A stretch of DNA of 62,871 nucleotides, the filler included, from Choristocarpus tenellus KU-1152 (Eukaryota > Protista > Phaeophyceae): the NCBI GenBank assembly GCA_964200185.2. It is 12 parts of 12 records of this genome, joined end to end, with 100 filler letters (N's around TTAATTAATTAA, not from the genome) between each part and the next. Parts side by side here need not be neighbours in the genome. Positions count along the whole stretch, not along the records: positions 59,667 to 62,871 come from CAXNAD020021565.1; 11 more parts are not named here. One strand, given 5' to 3'. The position numbers and the translations under genes were made by a program. Each line of letters opens with the position of its first letter. Within the stretch, counting starts at the first letter, position 1. The notes under the pieces were generated by a model that did not search any database, was not told where the DNA came from, and saw only the letters and a list, made by a program, of their open reading frames with translations. This document shows, piece by piece, positions 61,143-62,871 of the stretch.

Positions 61143-62445
61143 GTGGAGGAACACAGAGGAGTGTTCCGACTGAGCTACCCGATGGAGCATGGGATAGTGA
61201 GGGACTGGGCTGACATGGAGAAGGTATGTATGTGTGGTTCCACCTGCGAACAGAACGTGCTGAACATGCACACAGTATTCATGTCTTCCTGGAGTTTGTA
61301 AATCTTTCTCGACTTTTTTGTTCTTGATGCACTTTTTTTTTTACAAATATATTCTGTGTTTTATTTAGCCCGTCTACATGCACATTGAACTCCCTGTACT
61401 GTTACTCGCAGATCAAGTTTTTTTTTAGTTTTTACTACAGTATAATCAAGGTGGGCACCCACACTAGAGTTGGAGATGCCTTTCCCCCCCCGCCGCCCCT
61501 TCATCCGGACTCAGAGCAAGCCGCAAGAGATAGGTAGCGCTACGAAATATGTGACGCAGTGCTACAGAGTGATGTTGCCCGTTACAGAGCAGTCAAGGTT
61601 GGCACAACTCTGGTACTTGCTGTTCTGAAGAAATTAGCTGAATCACCGCCATGCAATCCTCACAAAAACCCTCATGCCAATGTCCATCACATGTTGAGCT
61701 TGTTACGAGCAATTAGTAGCAATGATTGAACTTGACTTGGGAACAAAGGGCCATCACTCAGCGCCACGACCTCCTTCCCATGCAAGGCGTTGCCATGAAC
61801 TACCTTGCAGACTCTTCCCCCCCCCCCCCCCCCCCCCTTCCACTAACCCTCTTTGCCTTGGCCGCGCCCCCCCCACGGGTTGGCTCCTTTAATTCTTTTT
61901 TNNNNNNNNNNCCCCCCGCCCTTTCCAATTACACATGTTGCAGTAGGCAGCACTCACTCATGGGTTGGCATCTATAATTCTATTATGTGTGGCATGTTGA
62001 TAGAATCCATGGTGTCTGTGTTTCAGAGAGCAAGTAGTAAAGAAGTGGAACGAGAACACGAACAGGTGGATGGGAAAGCAGGAGGGGGGGGGGGAGGATA
62101 GCATGTAATTTAAACTAAGTTTTTCTTGAAAGCTATTGAGATTTTGTACATATTTTGTATCTATACATACATATATAGTTCTTTTGAATTTTTCTTGATA
62201 GCATGTCATTTTGTCACAGTTTTCTTGAAAAGTTAATCAAGATTAGTGCATATTTATATGTGTATTATTTATTTTTTTGTTAGGTTTGGGCTCATGTTTA
62301 TGGGAGGGAGAACCTGAACATAGCAGCAGAGGAGCATGCAGTTCTGCTGACGGAGGCGCCACTTAACCCATACAAGAATAGGAGACAGTGTGCAGAGACT
62401 TTCTTTGAGACTTTTGGGGTGCCAGCCATGTTCTGTGCCCCACAG
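61143..62445 (+). CDS. ACTR1: Actin-related protein 1 (centractin, dynactin), internal part; exons 61143-61223, 62284-62445
   Basis: [26 protein letters not shown]|VWAHVY...[14 protein letters not shown]; EEHRG and YPMEHG distinguish ARP1 from conventional actin. Confidence 0.88.
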
Positions 62446-62871
62446 GTACGGACTGAGAGTTGTGGGCGGTGATTGATTTTCCCAGGGCAAGAATGTTCTT
62501 GGTTTTTATTTTATTTTATTGAAAATGCTTCATCTGTTCCGCATCACTTTTTCGCAGTTTGCTGGGCATATTTTTCTTTTCTTTTTTTAAAGAAGGGGGG
62601 GGGGGATGGGTCTTTTGCTAAAATTCCGTTGTTGTGAGGCTACGTTTCTAAAGATGTATCGGTATGCCTCTTTATCACTACCAGAACCGATTCTTGTTCG
62701 TGAGTTGTTTTTTTTTAGTGCACGTGTGGTCATTTTCGAGAAGTGAAATCGCTCCAGTGAATCAGAACTGTGTGAGTATCGAGTGGAGAGTGTTTGTGGG
62801 TTTTATGTATAGTTTTTTTTAAAGTTAATCAAGTAGTGTTTAAAGAGTTATGGCATATGATTACGGGGGAT

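Noticed and set aside
706-62445. Apparent clustering of cilium/dynactin genes (PDE6D, SPAG17, ARP1)
   Set aside because: They sit on different contigs joined artificially.

Overview
Eukaryotic, intron-rich genomic DNA made of 12 short, unlinked contigs joined by an artificial 100-nt spacer (44 N + TTAATTAATTAA + 44 N), so adjacency across spacers has no biological meaning. The organism is probably a flagellate-stage stramenopile such as a brown alga. This is an inference from long GT-AG introns, TTAGGG repeats, cilium/dynactin genes and a secreted beta-helix gene. By manual splicing I recognise partial genes for PDE6D, SPAG17/PF6, a class-3 lipase, an EF-hand protein, LTV1, a GH63/MGH1-like hydrolase, PRPF31, a spinster-like MFS transporter, an NDR kinase and ARP1. 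There is one complete 11-exon gene for a secreted protein with a parallel beta-helix, an Asp-rich repeat and an F5/8C (CBM32)-like domain. Mobile DNA includes a broken mariner, a copia gag remnant and four related MITE families with GAG/GG termini and apparent 3-bp TSDs. The most interesting leads are the modular secreted beta-helix protein, the GH63-like gene with eroded active-site motifs, the MITE swarm with a non-canonical target preference, and a CpG-island-like pattern suggesting DNA methylation. All family assignments come from motif recall, not database searches.
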